Part shown: positions 6,887-17,400 of the stretch, one piece after another
Layout: the number at the start of each line of letters is the position of its first letter
How positions within the stretch are numbered: the stretch's first letter is position 1
Origin: a virus
Lineage: Duplodnaviria > Caudoviricetes
Strand: one strand, 5' to 3'
IMG/VR virus record: IMGVR_UViG_3300025168_000276
Span: 1-35,637 of that record
DNA length: 35,637 bases
The notes under the pieces: model-generated
The model's database searches: none
What the model saw: only the letters and a program-made list of their open reading frames with translations
What the model was told of the DNA's origin: nothing
Position numbers and translations under genes: made by a program

Positions 6887-7134
6887 CGCAGCCGATAAGG
6901 TCGCAAACCAGTGTCTTCCCAGTTAATTGCGCTCATCGATCCCTCGTAGGGTCGATACTCGGTTTTACTGGCAACACGCTTAACGTCTTGCTTCAGCTCA
7001 TGTAGCTGGACCGTGTGATACAGCCCACTAACCGCACTTAGGACAGTGAACGGCAGACATCCGCCAGCGCAAAGGGCCAAGATGATTACAGTCAAACATT
7101 TACTTACTGTTATAACTCGCATTTTGCTCTCCAT
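6883..7134 (-). CDS. Putative lipoprotein in the lysis cassette
   Basis: Hydrophobic stretch ending in a lipobox-like LALCAGGC; follows the holin; stop overlaps the next ATG. Confidence 0.55.
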   Translation of the reverse strand: MESKMRVITVSKCLTVIILALCAGGCLPFTVLSAVSGLYHTVQLHELKQDVKRVASKTEYRPYEGSMSAINWEDTGLRPYRLR

Positions 7135-7548
7135 TTATTCTTTGTTCTTCAGCACTTGCCGCTTGTCGTAACTTCGAGCGCCCGAGTAGCCCAGATAACC
7201 GGCGCCGAATAACGCCCACAAACTGTCCGGTATTGCCGCCAATAAATCCTTAATATTGACTGCCGCCATCGCAACCTGGTCAGGCCACCAAATTCCAATG
7301 ATGCCGCCCACAAAACACAAAATAATGACTAAATAGATAATGTATAAAAATGAGGGTCGAGCCCGGCTCGTCCAAGGGTCGGCGCTTTTAGCCTCGGCCA
7401 CAATCGCACTCATTTGGATTTCATATCGCTGAAGATCAAGGTTTACCAACCTCGCTTTTGCTTTAGATTTTTCTTCCTCGGTTTCGAATAAATTATCTAT
7501 TAGCTCGCCACCGAGCTTGCCAAGAATTGGCCCTAATATGCCTATCAT
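7135..7548 (-). CDS. Holin (GTA 3TM holin-like)
   Basis: AEAKSADPWTSRARP, hydrophobic helices, GYLGYSGARSYDK; ATG at 7548 after GGAG; follows the endolysin. Confidence 0.82.
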   Translation of the reverse strand: MIGILGPILGKLGGELIDNLFETEEEKSKAKARLVNLDLQRYEIQMSAIVAEAKSADPWTSRARPSFLYIIYLVIILCFVGGIIGIWWPDQVAMAAVNIKDLLAAIPDSLWALFGAGYLGYSGARSYDKRQVLKNKE

Positions 7549-7552
7549 CTTA

Positions 7553-7969
7553 TCAATAACTCCATATTGCTGGCCGGTTGAGCCCAAAATTGTTTTCAAA
7601 CGGCACACTGTCCAGATGTATAAAACGGCTATTCCATGCGCCGTTTTGTTTTACGCCAATGCCATGGATTGCGGAATTGTCCACTGCCAAAGCAATAATT
7701 TTCATAGCCTTTGGGCCAGCACAATGTACGTCAGCAGCTAGGCCAAGATGGTGCGCTCCGCCATGCGTTCCGCCTTTGTCAATTTTTGCCTGAGTAATCG
7801 GGTGCTGATTGGAGCGATAGCCGCTGGTTATGACCATTTGCTCGCCGAGCGCCTCGCGGATTTGTTCGAGCGCTTGTAAAAAATTGGCATCCATTAGCGC
7901 TTCGCCGCTGCTCGAACACGCGAACTCCTCGCGCTTAAAAAATTTTAGCTGTGAAAAATCAGGTTCCAT
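7553..7969 (-). CDS. Endolysin, peptidase M15 family
   Basis: FFKREEFAC, ITSGYRS, HHLGLAAD (H-x6-D), FIHLD zinc ligands. Confidence 0.92.
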   Translation of the reverse strand: MEPDFSQLKFFKREEFACSSSGEALMDANFLQALEQIREALGEQMVITSGYRSNQHPITQAKIDKGGTHGGAHHLGLAADVHCAGPKAMKIIALAVDNSAIHGIGVKQNGAWNSRFIHLDSVPFENNFGLNRPAIWSY

Positions 7970-7971
7970 TT

Positions 7972-8337
7972 TTAATCCTTCACTGGTATGTGCCGGCCAT
8001 TGTGAATGTGCTCCAATTTTATCACCCGCTCTCGTAGCGCAGGGATGGTTTGCATTTCTAGAGTCGATAGACGAACCGCATGGTTTTCGGTTTCGCGTGT
8101 TGTGCGGCGCAACTGTTCCGGCGAATTAATTTCGCGCAAAACGTCGGTTGCTTTTTCAATTCGTTCTGTCGTCATGTTATTGCTGTCAAGCGCCGAGTCC
8201 AAAGAGCCAACTTTTTTTGTAATAACATCGATAGCTTTTTCAATTTCGGCAACCTTCTGGCGCACGACAACCATGCTCGCGACGACCGTACAAAGCGCGG
8301 TGCCAACGCTGAATAGCATGCGAAAATCGAGTTCCAT
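7972..8337 (-). CDS. Membrane-anchored coiled-coil protein, probably lysis-associated
   Basis: N-terminal hydrophobic helix followed by a heptad-like region; tightly packed before the endolysin. Confidence 0.6.
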   Translation of the reverse strand: MELDFRMLFSVGTALCTVVASMVVVRQKVAEIEKAIDVITKKVGSLDSALDSNNMTTERIEKATDVLREINSPEQLRRTTRETENHAVRLSTLEMQTIPALRERVIKLEHIHNGRHIPVKD

Positions 8338-8649
8338 TTACACACCAAAACTCAGCTGGTCGCCAACGATTACAACGCATATTTTGTTGTTGTGGTGAAG
8401 CGTAACAATAAAATCGTTGTCTGACCTGTAAAACAATATCGTCGCCTTTTTATCGTCACGATTTACAGATTCTGCGGTTGCAACCAAACGGAAACTATGA
8501 CTTTCCATCTTGTCTTTAAAAAATTCTGGCGCATAGCACGGGCCGTGCAGCTGCATCATCGCGTCAGGTGGCGGCTGTTCTGCGCTCGAATTGCTAATTG
8601 CTACGAGCAAAAAAAACAAAAAGAATAGGCTGACTCTTTTATTAATCAT
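8338..8649 (-). CDS. Hypothetical secreted protein
   Basis: ATG at 8649 (ATGA overlap); signal peptide MINKRVSLFFLFFLLVAISNSSA; two Cys. Confidence 0.65.
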   Translation of the reverse strand: MINKRVSLFFLFFLLVAISNSSAEQPPPDAMMQLHGPCYAPEFFKDKMESHSFRLVATAESVNRDDKKATILFYRSDNDFIVTLHHNNKICVVIVGDQLSFGV

Positions 8650-8978
8650 CGCTCGACCCACGAGACGCTCTCTTCGTTCCAATAATATTTTCTGTCACCA
8701 GCCACACCTGGATATGCAACTGGTGGTTGCCAAATACAATTGTCGTCTAGCACCCAACTTGGAAAAGGTTGCGGTGCATAAAAGGCGTCTTTAATGGGAT
8801 CGTATGTGAAACCGATTCCAGCGTAATTATATCGCATGTTATTGTTGTAGCTTGTCTGCTTCCAGGTTCCGCCCCAAAAATTACGGCACCAGGTTTCGCC
8901 GTCAGCTTCGTGCTCGTCAGCCACCACGCAAACCCGTAGAACAATATTGTTTTCGTCTAGCTCTGCAAAATGTGCCAT
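8646..8978 (-). CDS. Trp/Tyr-rich tail-tip-associated protein
   Basis: MAHFAELDENNIVLRV...WKQTSYN...NYAGIGFTYD...PQPFPSW pattern, which I recall following glycine-rich adhesin genes in aquatic phages. Confidence 0.7.
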   Translation of the reverse strand: MAHFAELDENNIVLRVCVVADEHEADGETWCRNFWGGTWKQTSYNNNMRYNYAGIGFTYDPIKDAFYAPQPFPSWVLDDNCIWQPPVAYPGVAGDRKYYWNEESVSWVER

Positions 8979-8979
8979 T

Positions 8980-9807
8980 TTATGCCGCCTGGAACTGATA
9001 TCTGATTATAACTACACCACTTCCGCCATTACCTGACGAACTTGTGTTTGGATGTCCCTCACCGCCACCACCGCCACCTGTGTTAGCTGTTCCGTTTGTT
9101 GGCTCCACGCCACTTTGGCCGCCTGCTCCGCCGCCACCCGCACCACCTGCACCACGGCCAGCATAGCTGCCGCCACCGCCGCCACCAGCGCGAGTCACAG
9201 ATGATCCAGTTATACTTGACGCTAATCCAGCACCGCCATCACCTGCAACCACAGAAGAAGTACCATTTGAACCTACTGCTCCAGCACCACCACCACCGGC
9301 ACTGTCACCGTTTCCTGTTTCACCGTCGCCTCCATCATTGCCCTGTCCTGATGTAGCTGTGCCTCCAGAAAATGCGGAGCAACAGCCGCTTGCACCGCCG
9401 CCAGAACCACCGTCTCGCCCAGCGTTTCCTTCGCCGCCGCCAGCACCTCCTCCATCTGAAGTAATGCTGCTAAACGTGCTGTCTGAGCCATCATTTCCGT
9501 TTCCGCTGGTTACACCCGCGCCACCAGCGCCAACCGTAATTGAGTACGACTGCTGCGCTACAGAGAAATTTGTAGCTGTCCGGTAGCCGCCAGCACCGCC
9601 TCCGCCGCCATAATCGTTTCCGCCGCCAGCACCACCACCAGCCACCACTAAATATTGTACGACTCTATCATCGCCTAATGTCGTGATTTCAAAAGTACCG
9701 CTGCTATTAAATGTGTGTACTTTAAAGTTTCCGTCTGTGGTGACGGTTCCGCCTGTAGCCTCGGTGAAGGTTTCGCTGGCAGTAAACCATGCACTTTCAG
9801 TAAACAT
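8980..9807 (-). CDS. Glycine-rich putative receptor-binding/adhesin protein
   Basis: ATGGTVTTDG-KVHTFNSSGTF, YLVVAGGGAGG, many GGGGG runs, C-terminal GGSGVVIIRY. Confidence 0.8.
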   Translation of the reverse strand: MFTESAWFTASETFTEATGGTVTTDGNFKVHTFNSSGTFEITTLGDDRVVQYLVVAGGGAGGGNDYGGGGGAGGYRTATNFSVAQQSYSITVGAGGAGVTSGNGNDGSDSTFSSITSDGGGAGGGEGNAGRDGGSGGGASGCCSAFSGGTATSGQGNDGGDGETGNGDSAGGGGAGAVGSNGTSSVVAGDGGAGLASSITGSSVTRAGGGGGGSYAGRGAGGAGGGGAGGQSGVEPTNGTANTGGGGGGEGHPNTSSSGNGGSGVVIIRYQFQAA

Positions 9808-9812
9808 CAGAC

Positions 9813-11390
9813 CTACCCAAAATTTAATTGCGGCTTGCCGAGCAAAATCGAGTTGTCCGCTTTGATAAAATAAGGCACTACGTCATAATCGTTATTTGCA
9901 GATGACAAAGTAAGCCCCGCAGCGCCGGCAGTCTCGTAGTCGCCGTGGAGCGACAGAGTTCCAGCACTCGAACTCGACGGCTGAATGAAAATAATAACAC
10001 CAGTTTGGCCGACTTGAGACGCTTCTGTCGTCGGCTCTGCCAGCGTGTTCGAGCTAGAAGCCAGCGTGATTATGAAATTTTGATATGTGTCAAAATCAAG
10101 GACGCCGCTAGTCGCTGACAGAGCGGCGGTGTAGGTACTCGGGACTTGCGCTTTGGTGAATGTTTGCTGTGCATTTTTCAGCACGATGTTCGCAGCGGCT
10201 AAAGAGGTCGCGCCGGTTCCTCCGCTGCCAACGGGAAGCTGTCCGCTGACCGCTGTTGCCAACGGCACCTGACCATATGCCGGGTCTGTCCCATCGCTAA
10301 TTAGGACTCGGTTTGCCGCGCCAATACCTAGTCGCCCCGCTGAACTCGCACCGTGGACTAAAATATCGCCGCGTGTGGTTAACTCCGAGACACCTGTGCC
10401 AGTTTCCCCCTGTATTCCCTGCGATCCGGTATCGCCCTTGTCGCCCGTCCGCGAAAACATGACGCGAATACTATCGCCGTTTCCAAACGTGCCATTTGAA
10501 TCGATATGCGTCACGGCAAGCTGAATAAATCCGCTACTATCTGTTAGCCCGGTAACGTGAAACACCGCATAGTTCGCCGGGGTTCCCGGCTCAACTAAGC
10601 GGAGCCATCCCTTAACGGTGGAGGTCGAATCATCCCAAGTTTTTAGCCAAGCCTCTATGTCTGGGTTGCCGGTGTCCGCCGTTGTGTCATCGATTGCTAT
10701 AGCCGAAACGCTCGCCACACTTCCATGATTGTAGCGAAGCGTTCCGGCGCCAGGGTCCGCCATGCTGGTGCTGGTAGAAAACGTATATTTGGGATTGGCC
10801 GCTGATGCTTCGGCTGCGGCTGTTACTGCACTCGCAGCCGCCGCAGTGGCATTAGATTCCGCCGCCGTGATATTTGCGACAGTCGGCCCAGCAACGATCG
10901 CATCCGCGTCAGAGTTCCACGCTCCTATTACTGTGCCGGCGGTTGGCGCCGGCAGCGTTGCGTCGATCGAGGTCGCTGACGACACCGGTATCTTAATCGA
11001 GCGATCGACCTCTTCATCGATTTGCTGACTTAGGTAAACGCCGCGATCGAAACCCTGTTCTTGAACGTCAGGGAAATATCCGCCTTGGTTTTGCAGATCG
11101 ATCGTTTGCGTTAACGGAAGTACTCGCTTGATCGTGATCTTTTCGTTCGATTGCAGCTTAGTTGAACCGCTGGCCGGCCATGTGATTGAGCCGGTGCCAG
11201 GATAGCTCGATACGCTCACCGAATAATTGCTAGTACCTGTTCCCTCAACCAGCGTCGATTCTACCCCTGACGAATTGGTGAACGTTACAACCAGGTCGGT
11301 GTTTGCAAAAACGGCAAAGCTGAAACTAAAGGATGTATTAGAAGCGTTTCCCGCGTATGAGATTTTTGCCAGCGTCGATGAAACAGTCAT
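9813..11390 (-). CDS. Tail fibre protein
   Basis: N-terminal podovirus fibre anchor (YAGNASNTSFSFSF...ITIKRVLPLTQTIDL...FDR...QQ); Ser/Thr/Gly-rich body; short Gly-X-Y stretch at 10398-10445. Confidence 0.85.
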   Translation of the reverse strand: MTVSSTLAKISYAGNASNTSFSFSFAVFANTDLVVTFTNSSGVESTLVEGTGTSNYSVSVSSYPGTGSITWPASGSTKLQSNEKITIKRVLPLTQTIDLQNQGGYFPDVQEQGFDRGVYLSQQIDEEVDRSIKIPVSSATSIDATLPAPTAGTVIGAWNSDADAIVAGPTVANITAAESNATAAAASAVTAAAEASAANPKYTFSTSTSMADPGAGTLRYNHGSVASVSAIAIDDTTADTGNPDIEAWLKTWDDSTSTVKGWLRLVEPGTPANYAVFHVTGLTDSSGFIQLAVTHIDSNGTFGNGDSIRVMFSRTGDKGDTGSQGIQGETGTGVSELTTRGDILVHGASSAGRLGIGAANRVLISDGTDPAYGQVPLATAVSGQLPVGSGGTGATSLAAANIVLKNAQQTFTKAQVPSTYTAALSATSGVLDFDTYQNFIITLASSSNTLAEPTTEASQVGQTGVIIFIQPSSSSAGTLSLHGDYETAGAAGLTLSSANNDYDVVPYFIKADNSILLGKPQLNFG

Positions 11391-11416
11391 TTTATGCCTC
11401 GTTTTCCATACTTATA

Positions 11417-11451
11417 TTTTACTCGTTGTCAACAATTGTTACAATGTCAAC
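11417..11451 (-). promoter_or_regulatory. Putative promoter/operator upstream of the tail fibre-lysis block
   Basis: Two TTGACA on the minus strand; GTTGACATTGTAACAAT (11435-11451) matches the immunity-region 17-mer. Confidence 0.65.
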
Positions 11452-11464
11452 GTTTCACACATGG

Positions 11465-14400
11465 TTAATTTTTAAATGCAGACTTGTCAGGGTCGCGATA
11501 GCCAATAAGCCAATCGTACCAATCAACATCTTCGCCTTCTTCCATCTTAAAACCCGTTTTAACTGCGCGGTTGAGCTGGATCACTGGCAGACCCGCGCCG
11601 AACCCAACAATTTCAATAACTGTTTTCAGTTGCGCAGCGGTCATTTCTGGATCATCCTCATCAAAGGCTTTGCTTAATTGCTGAGTGAACCTGACAAGGC
11701 TGTCGCCCAAACTATCCATCGGCGATAACGAGTACCCAAAACCAACAGCAGCACCGCCAACCACATCACGCAAAAGCGGAACAGACGAAGCGCCAAAGTA
11801 TACGGTTTTCATTGTTGTCCACTTCGCATAGTCCCATCCTGATATCTTGCCGTCTTCGTCTTCGTCTTCGTCGGGCCACTTGTCTTTGTATAAATTTTCG
11901 ATGATCGTCGGCAGCGCCATAACAATAAACACTCTGGCGGCCATCTGCGGCACATCCGAGATGCCTTTAACGTCACCAACAATCTGCCGCTCAATGTTAT
12001 AAAGCACGTTAAAAAACGAATAAAACATAAGCATCGGCGCCATTACTTCATTCATTTGAACAGCACTTAGGTCTTTAATTCCGCCGGCCGTTTGAGACGT
12101 CCTAATAATACTATCTGCGTAGTTAACCGCATCGCCCGGCGCCTTACCCTCTGCCAGACCCTTGTTATAGGCCCCTAGCCAGGTTGGATAATCGACCATC
12201 AGCACTTGCGCCCCAGCAATCACCATCAGACTAAATCGCTGAAATGCCTTGTAACCCCCCATCATCATGCCCTGACCTTGCGTTGTTTTAGCAAATCGAC
12301 GTAATGCAAAGCTCGCATCGCGGTCAGTATTTAAAATTCGATATCGCATCTCGCCCGACAATTCTTTAATCATGCGGATCGATTGCGCTGGGTTTGAAAT
12401 ATATTGGAACATTCCAGCGATTAACCATTTGCTGCCAATTAAAATGTTATATTTTCCGCCCGGCCCCTGTGCGAGCGCATCAGCGCTGGTAAACAATCCC
12501 AGGCTTTGAGCAAGCCCGGTTGTAAAAGAAAAACCCATAATTGCGACTGTGGCATTGGAGCGAAAAATTTTGATAACATTTCCGAAAGTCTCATTCCTAA
12601 GTTGTGGGGCTTGATTGGCGGCAACAGCGCCCATCCAATTCTCCAACACCTGATAATATTCAGCGCCCATGGTTTGGACAATTGCCTTGTTTAAACGTTC
12701 TTGACCCAATAGCTTCCTTGTTGTCCGAACTGCTTCGTAGTGGGTGATGTAATGAGCAGTTTGCTCCAGCTTGTGGTGAATTGCAGTAATGTCCAAATCA
12801 ACCGGCGCACTAAACCCCTCCGCCCTTTCCTTGGTCATTCCACTGAAAACACTTTCTTGATTCATTTGCGTTTGCATTGCTTCAAGAGCGGTTTTTTGTT
12901 CAATATTCATGCCCTTCGTTGACCGCTTGGGGTCATAAATCATTGGAAAATATCCACCGCTAAACTTGTAGGTCTTTCCATTAAACTCGCGCTCAAACGG
13001 CACAGCCTCAATTTTTTCTGGAGCGCGACCGTTTTCTTTGCGGAACACCGCTTCGACCTGTGGATACATTTTTTGAAAACTGTCCCAAACAGTTTGAACA
13101 AGCTGCCAGTCTTCGAGCGATAAATTATCCAAAATCTTATCTAATACGACTTCAGTCAACGCGCCAGAATCGTAAACATCTTTAACGCTGCCCTCGATCA
13201 TCTTCTTACGGTTACTTGTGTTGCCGGTGTTTAGCGCCATCATAATAAATTCAGAGCGCCTCCCATACCAATCAAGCTCTGGAATATATATTTTTTCCCC
13301 AAGCAAACTGCGCCTTTCACGCGGCATATTCTCAAAAGCGTCCATAATTGGCTTGGAGACATCTGCCACCAATTCATTCCTCGCGACCTCTGAATCTGCA
13401 AAAACTTGAAAGAAAAATTTGTGAAACGGCCCCATTCTTTCGCCATCGACCTGAAACGCCAAAAACTCGACCTTGGCAAGCGCTGCATCAATACTCACAA
13501 GGTTACTAACTCGCTTGTCTTTCCATTCGCTCCATTTGCCTTTAATGGTGCTTGGATAGCCTCTGCGATTTCCGACCGCTCGTTTAGTAACAGGCCGGGT
13601 TTCAAAACCGCTCATTATTTCTGTTATTGCATCAGCAATAAAAAGACGTTCGCCCTCCACCGTAACTGTCTTGGCTTCTCGCCCTTGCTTCTCGATGCTT
13701 GTTATGGCGTCCCGCAGAGTGCGAAACTCATCAAGCGTCAAATCCTGATAATTGGTTTGACCGTCCGCATCTATAATTTCTTGAGGAATATTAAAAATTG
13801 CGCTGTCGGTTTCTTCTGCCATTTTTGCAAAATCAAGCCAACTCTTTATGTCCTTAGAGAGCCTTGGTCCGAACTGATAATTCGATAATATGTTTTTGAT
13901 TTGATCGACATAATCAGCTGCGAGCGTCTTGTAGTTTTTGCGCTTCTTTGTAAATTTACTAAAATACTTGCGCCCTTTGGCGATCTCTTCTCGCGCCTTA
14001 ATGGCTTCCTTTGCCATGTAAAAATTCATCAGCTGCTTGAACTTCGCACGTTGGGCGCCCAAACGGTCGCCCTGACGCAAGAGCTTGCCGGCTTCCTTTG
14101 CGTGACGCCGCTCCGCTTGCAGAAACTCGCCAGGGCGCAATTCGCTAACCTTGCGCGTTCCAATCTTTTCTTGAGCCCAATTGCGAACAAACGCCGGTTT
14201 CATTTTATCTTTTGAGTCGCGGAGCGCGTTTAGCTCTGCGGTCAGTACCTCCGCAGTCTCGTCAATATGAACGCTATCGATCGCCGCCTCAACGGCCGAG
14301 CCATCGTTTCGCATGTCGCCATATTTTTCTTTTAGCTGGGCATCAACACGCTCTTGCACCACTTCCTCAAACGGGCGAGCGGCTGCCATTTGTTGCAGCA

Positions 14401-17400
14401 TCTCCATGCTATTTTGGAACCCAAACATCTGGGCAGCTACATCGGGATGGACGCTGCTTTCTTTTGTTCTGGTTGCATAGATAGCCTTACCTTTAACCTT
14501 GGGTAGCCGCGCTAAACTTTTTGCGCTTTGCAAAACTTCAATGACCGCTTTGCGGTTGAGCCGATCGATCGAAAAGTTTGCTGGTAATAGCGAACCATCC
14601 GCCAATGTTTTTTGCGTCAAAGTCCACAGCGCCTTATATACTGGCTCCTGGGCAAGCTCCGAACGGATGCCGACAGCTATTTGCTCGCCCTCGGCTTCCC
14701 AAAAATCTTCTTGTTCCCGTTCAGCCTCGTTTAAATGTTTTTTAAGTTGGCGGGTTTTTGATTGATCTACCGCCCTTGCAACTTGCAGTTGATAGACCTC
14801 AAACTGCTTCGGCGTCATGCCGGCCTCTTCAGCACTATCGTACAACGCCTTTAAATTATACTGTTCGCGCACCAGTTCTATATCGGTATCAGATGCAAGC
14901 AATCGATCCATAACCCCGGCGACTTCTGGCGAATATTGAACGTCTAAAATGTCACGGCCTAGCCGTCGCTGAATCGCGGTATAAATTGAAACCAACCATG
15001 CGCGAAAACGATTAAAGGCGCCTTGCAGTTGCACTGATGGCGCTTGCCCGGTTCTTAAATAATCTTCAAACCCGCGAGCATATTGCTCATGCATCGCTTC
15101 AGTCAGATACTGCATGGCGGTCGTTGATCCGCCTTTACCCTTATATTCTTTACCGCCAGTTAAATCGCCCGACCGTACATAGGCACGAACATCGCCTTCG
15201 CTCATTTTGTCTAGCGCTGCCGCTGATTCACTGTCGCCTTTTTTCTTTGCATACCGAATGGCCTCACTGCGAATGCTTTCACTGTTTGAGCCCCACCAGT
15301 TCCGGGTAATGTTCCAGTCATCGACCAGCTGCTTTGTGCCAAACTCTTTTGCGTCCGACTTTAGCTGTTCAAGAAAAAGGTGACCGTTCTCATGCAAGAA
15401 AGTGCTGGCGTCCGCTTTCTTGCCCAGCCGAATAACTGTCTCATGCGCTCTTAGCTCGATCGAGCCTCGGCTTGGTTGCTGGAACTCTCGCGCTAGGTAG
15501 CTGGGGTCTGAGAAGTCGGATTCGAGTCCTCTTTGTCCGACAACCTCAAAAAGATTGCCATCCGGTCCTTCGATGACAATTGATTCAGCGCCTTGTCCAG
15601 CTTCTCGTCCAGTATCCCGAATGAGGCTTTCGACGGCTTCGGCGTAGCTGATGTCTGACGGTTTTGCACCGGTTAATTCTCCATATAATCTTTTTTCATA
15701 ATACCAAAGAATTGCTTGTATGTCAGCAATAGTTGCATCAATACCGCGCTCTCTTAATTTGTCTTGAGCTTTTTGCACCGCCGTTACCATGAACTTACGA
15801 TCGCTGGGATTGTAGGGCTGCTCTTGCAGAGCCGTGAACGCAGCTTTATGCAAGGTGTTTGCAGCCTTTTCGATTGCGGTTGTGTTTTTAAACCCTTTTG
15901 CCTTCGCTATTGCCTGATATTCGCCGAGATGTGCAAGCGCTTCATCATCAGTAATTTCTTGCCAAGGCTTATTAATTTTTTTGTCTTTAACATAAAGACT
16001 TTTAAATCGAGCAAGCCCCATTGGCTTGCCGTTCTTATCCAATGCATTGTTTAAGCCGGAAACCGGGGGCAGCATGTTGCCGCGATACCTATTGAAGGTG
16101 CGGGTATACCACAAGTCCATCGTAAGATAGCCACTTGCGCCCATAAGATTTGCGTAAAAAGCACCCAGCTTGCTTCCAAAAATTAAAGCAGAATATGGCA
16201 TAACCATATCCACGGTGTAGCCGCCAATCACCGCCTTGCCTTCTGCCCTCAACTCCGCGTTCATTTCGCCAACCGTAAGTTGTCGCAATAGGCGTTCATG
16301 CATTTTTGCTGGGCCGTATTTATCTAAGGCTGTTTGCAAATTTTCAATGTTTTGAGCCACGCTTGCAACACGCCGAGCCCCTTTTGTGTCGCCGACAGGC
16401 AGCTTCCCGGTTTCTCTAAATTCGCTGTATATTTCTTGCGCTATTCGGAAGTTGTCCGCTACACGCTGACCGTCAGATGTAATTGCTAACAGTGCAGTAA
16501 AAAAATCACGACTATTCTTTGTGTTTTCTAAAACCGTAATTCCGGGCAAGTTGTCTGGATTGAAATCGGCTTCCGAAACAAACTCTGGAAAAAACTGACC
16601 TAACTTGTCCAGTGCAGCTTGATATTTCTCAGAGTACCAACCTACCCCGCTTTCCTCTGGATTATTTTGGTACTCAAACTCAACCTCATTGGCCATCCAG
16701 TTTGATAGCTTGTCTGATGCCGCGTCGGACCTGTCATTGCGTTCTACAGTGCCAAACTTGTCGCGCTGCCGAGCCTCAAGCGCAAGAGCAATATCTCGAA
16801 CTTTATAACGTTTATCTGGCTCAATGCCGTATGCGGTAAGGTCTTCTGTTCCAGCTCTAAGCCCTGTACTTTGAAACAAAACACGCGGGAAAAATTCCTG
16901 TAGCGCCTCGCTTTTTTTACCAAACGCCTCAACGACCCGCAGACCGGCGCCCTCTAGCAGGTCTCGAATATCCTGCGGTGTTTCCGGCTCGACAATAGCA
17001 CCCTGGAACTCGTCAATACTAACGGCTCGCTGGATTTTGGCTTCAAAATATTCCGTCGGTGCCTGGCGGAGATTCGCGAGAAAGTTAACGATCTTCTGTT
17101 TTGCCTCATCGCTGACGTTCGCAAAACCGTTGTCCTCTACCGCACTCTCGCCGCGGCGGGCAAAATCGGAGATCATCTCCACAACAGTACTAAGATAACC
17201 AAAAGAATTCGGATCGCCCGAATAAAACGCTGTAAGCTCTTGAGCTAGTTCCCCGAAAGCGTCGTCCGTGTCGTCCTTAAAAGCCTTCATATCGGCTTCT
17301 GTGACAATTCTATCTCGTGCGTCTTTTATATCGCGAAGACTGCGAAATTCTTTTGCGGTTTGGGCTCGTATGTTGCCGACACCATAACTGAACCTCTCTC

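Noticed and set aside
9040-9650. CCG/CCA-rich nucleotide repeats
   Set aside because: Fully explained by glycine codons of the minus-strand adhesin.
8980-11390. BPP-1-type diversity-generating retroelement
   Set aside because: No reverse transcriptase ORF and no template/variable repeat pair seen in the window; the unseen part of the genome cannot be excluded.
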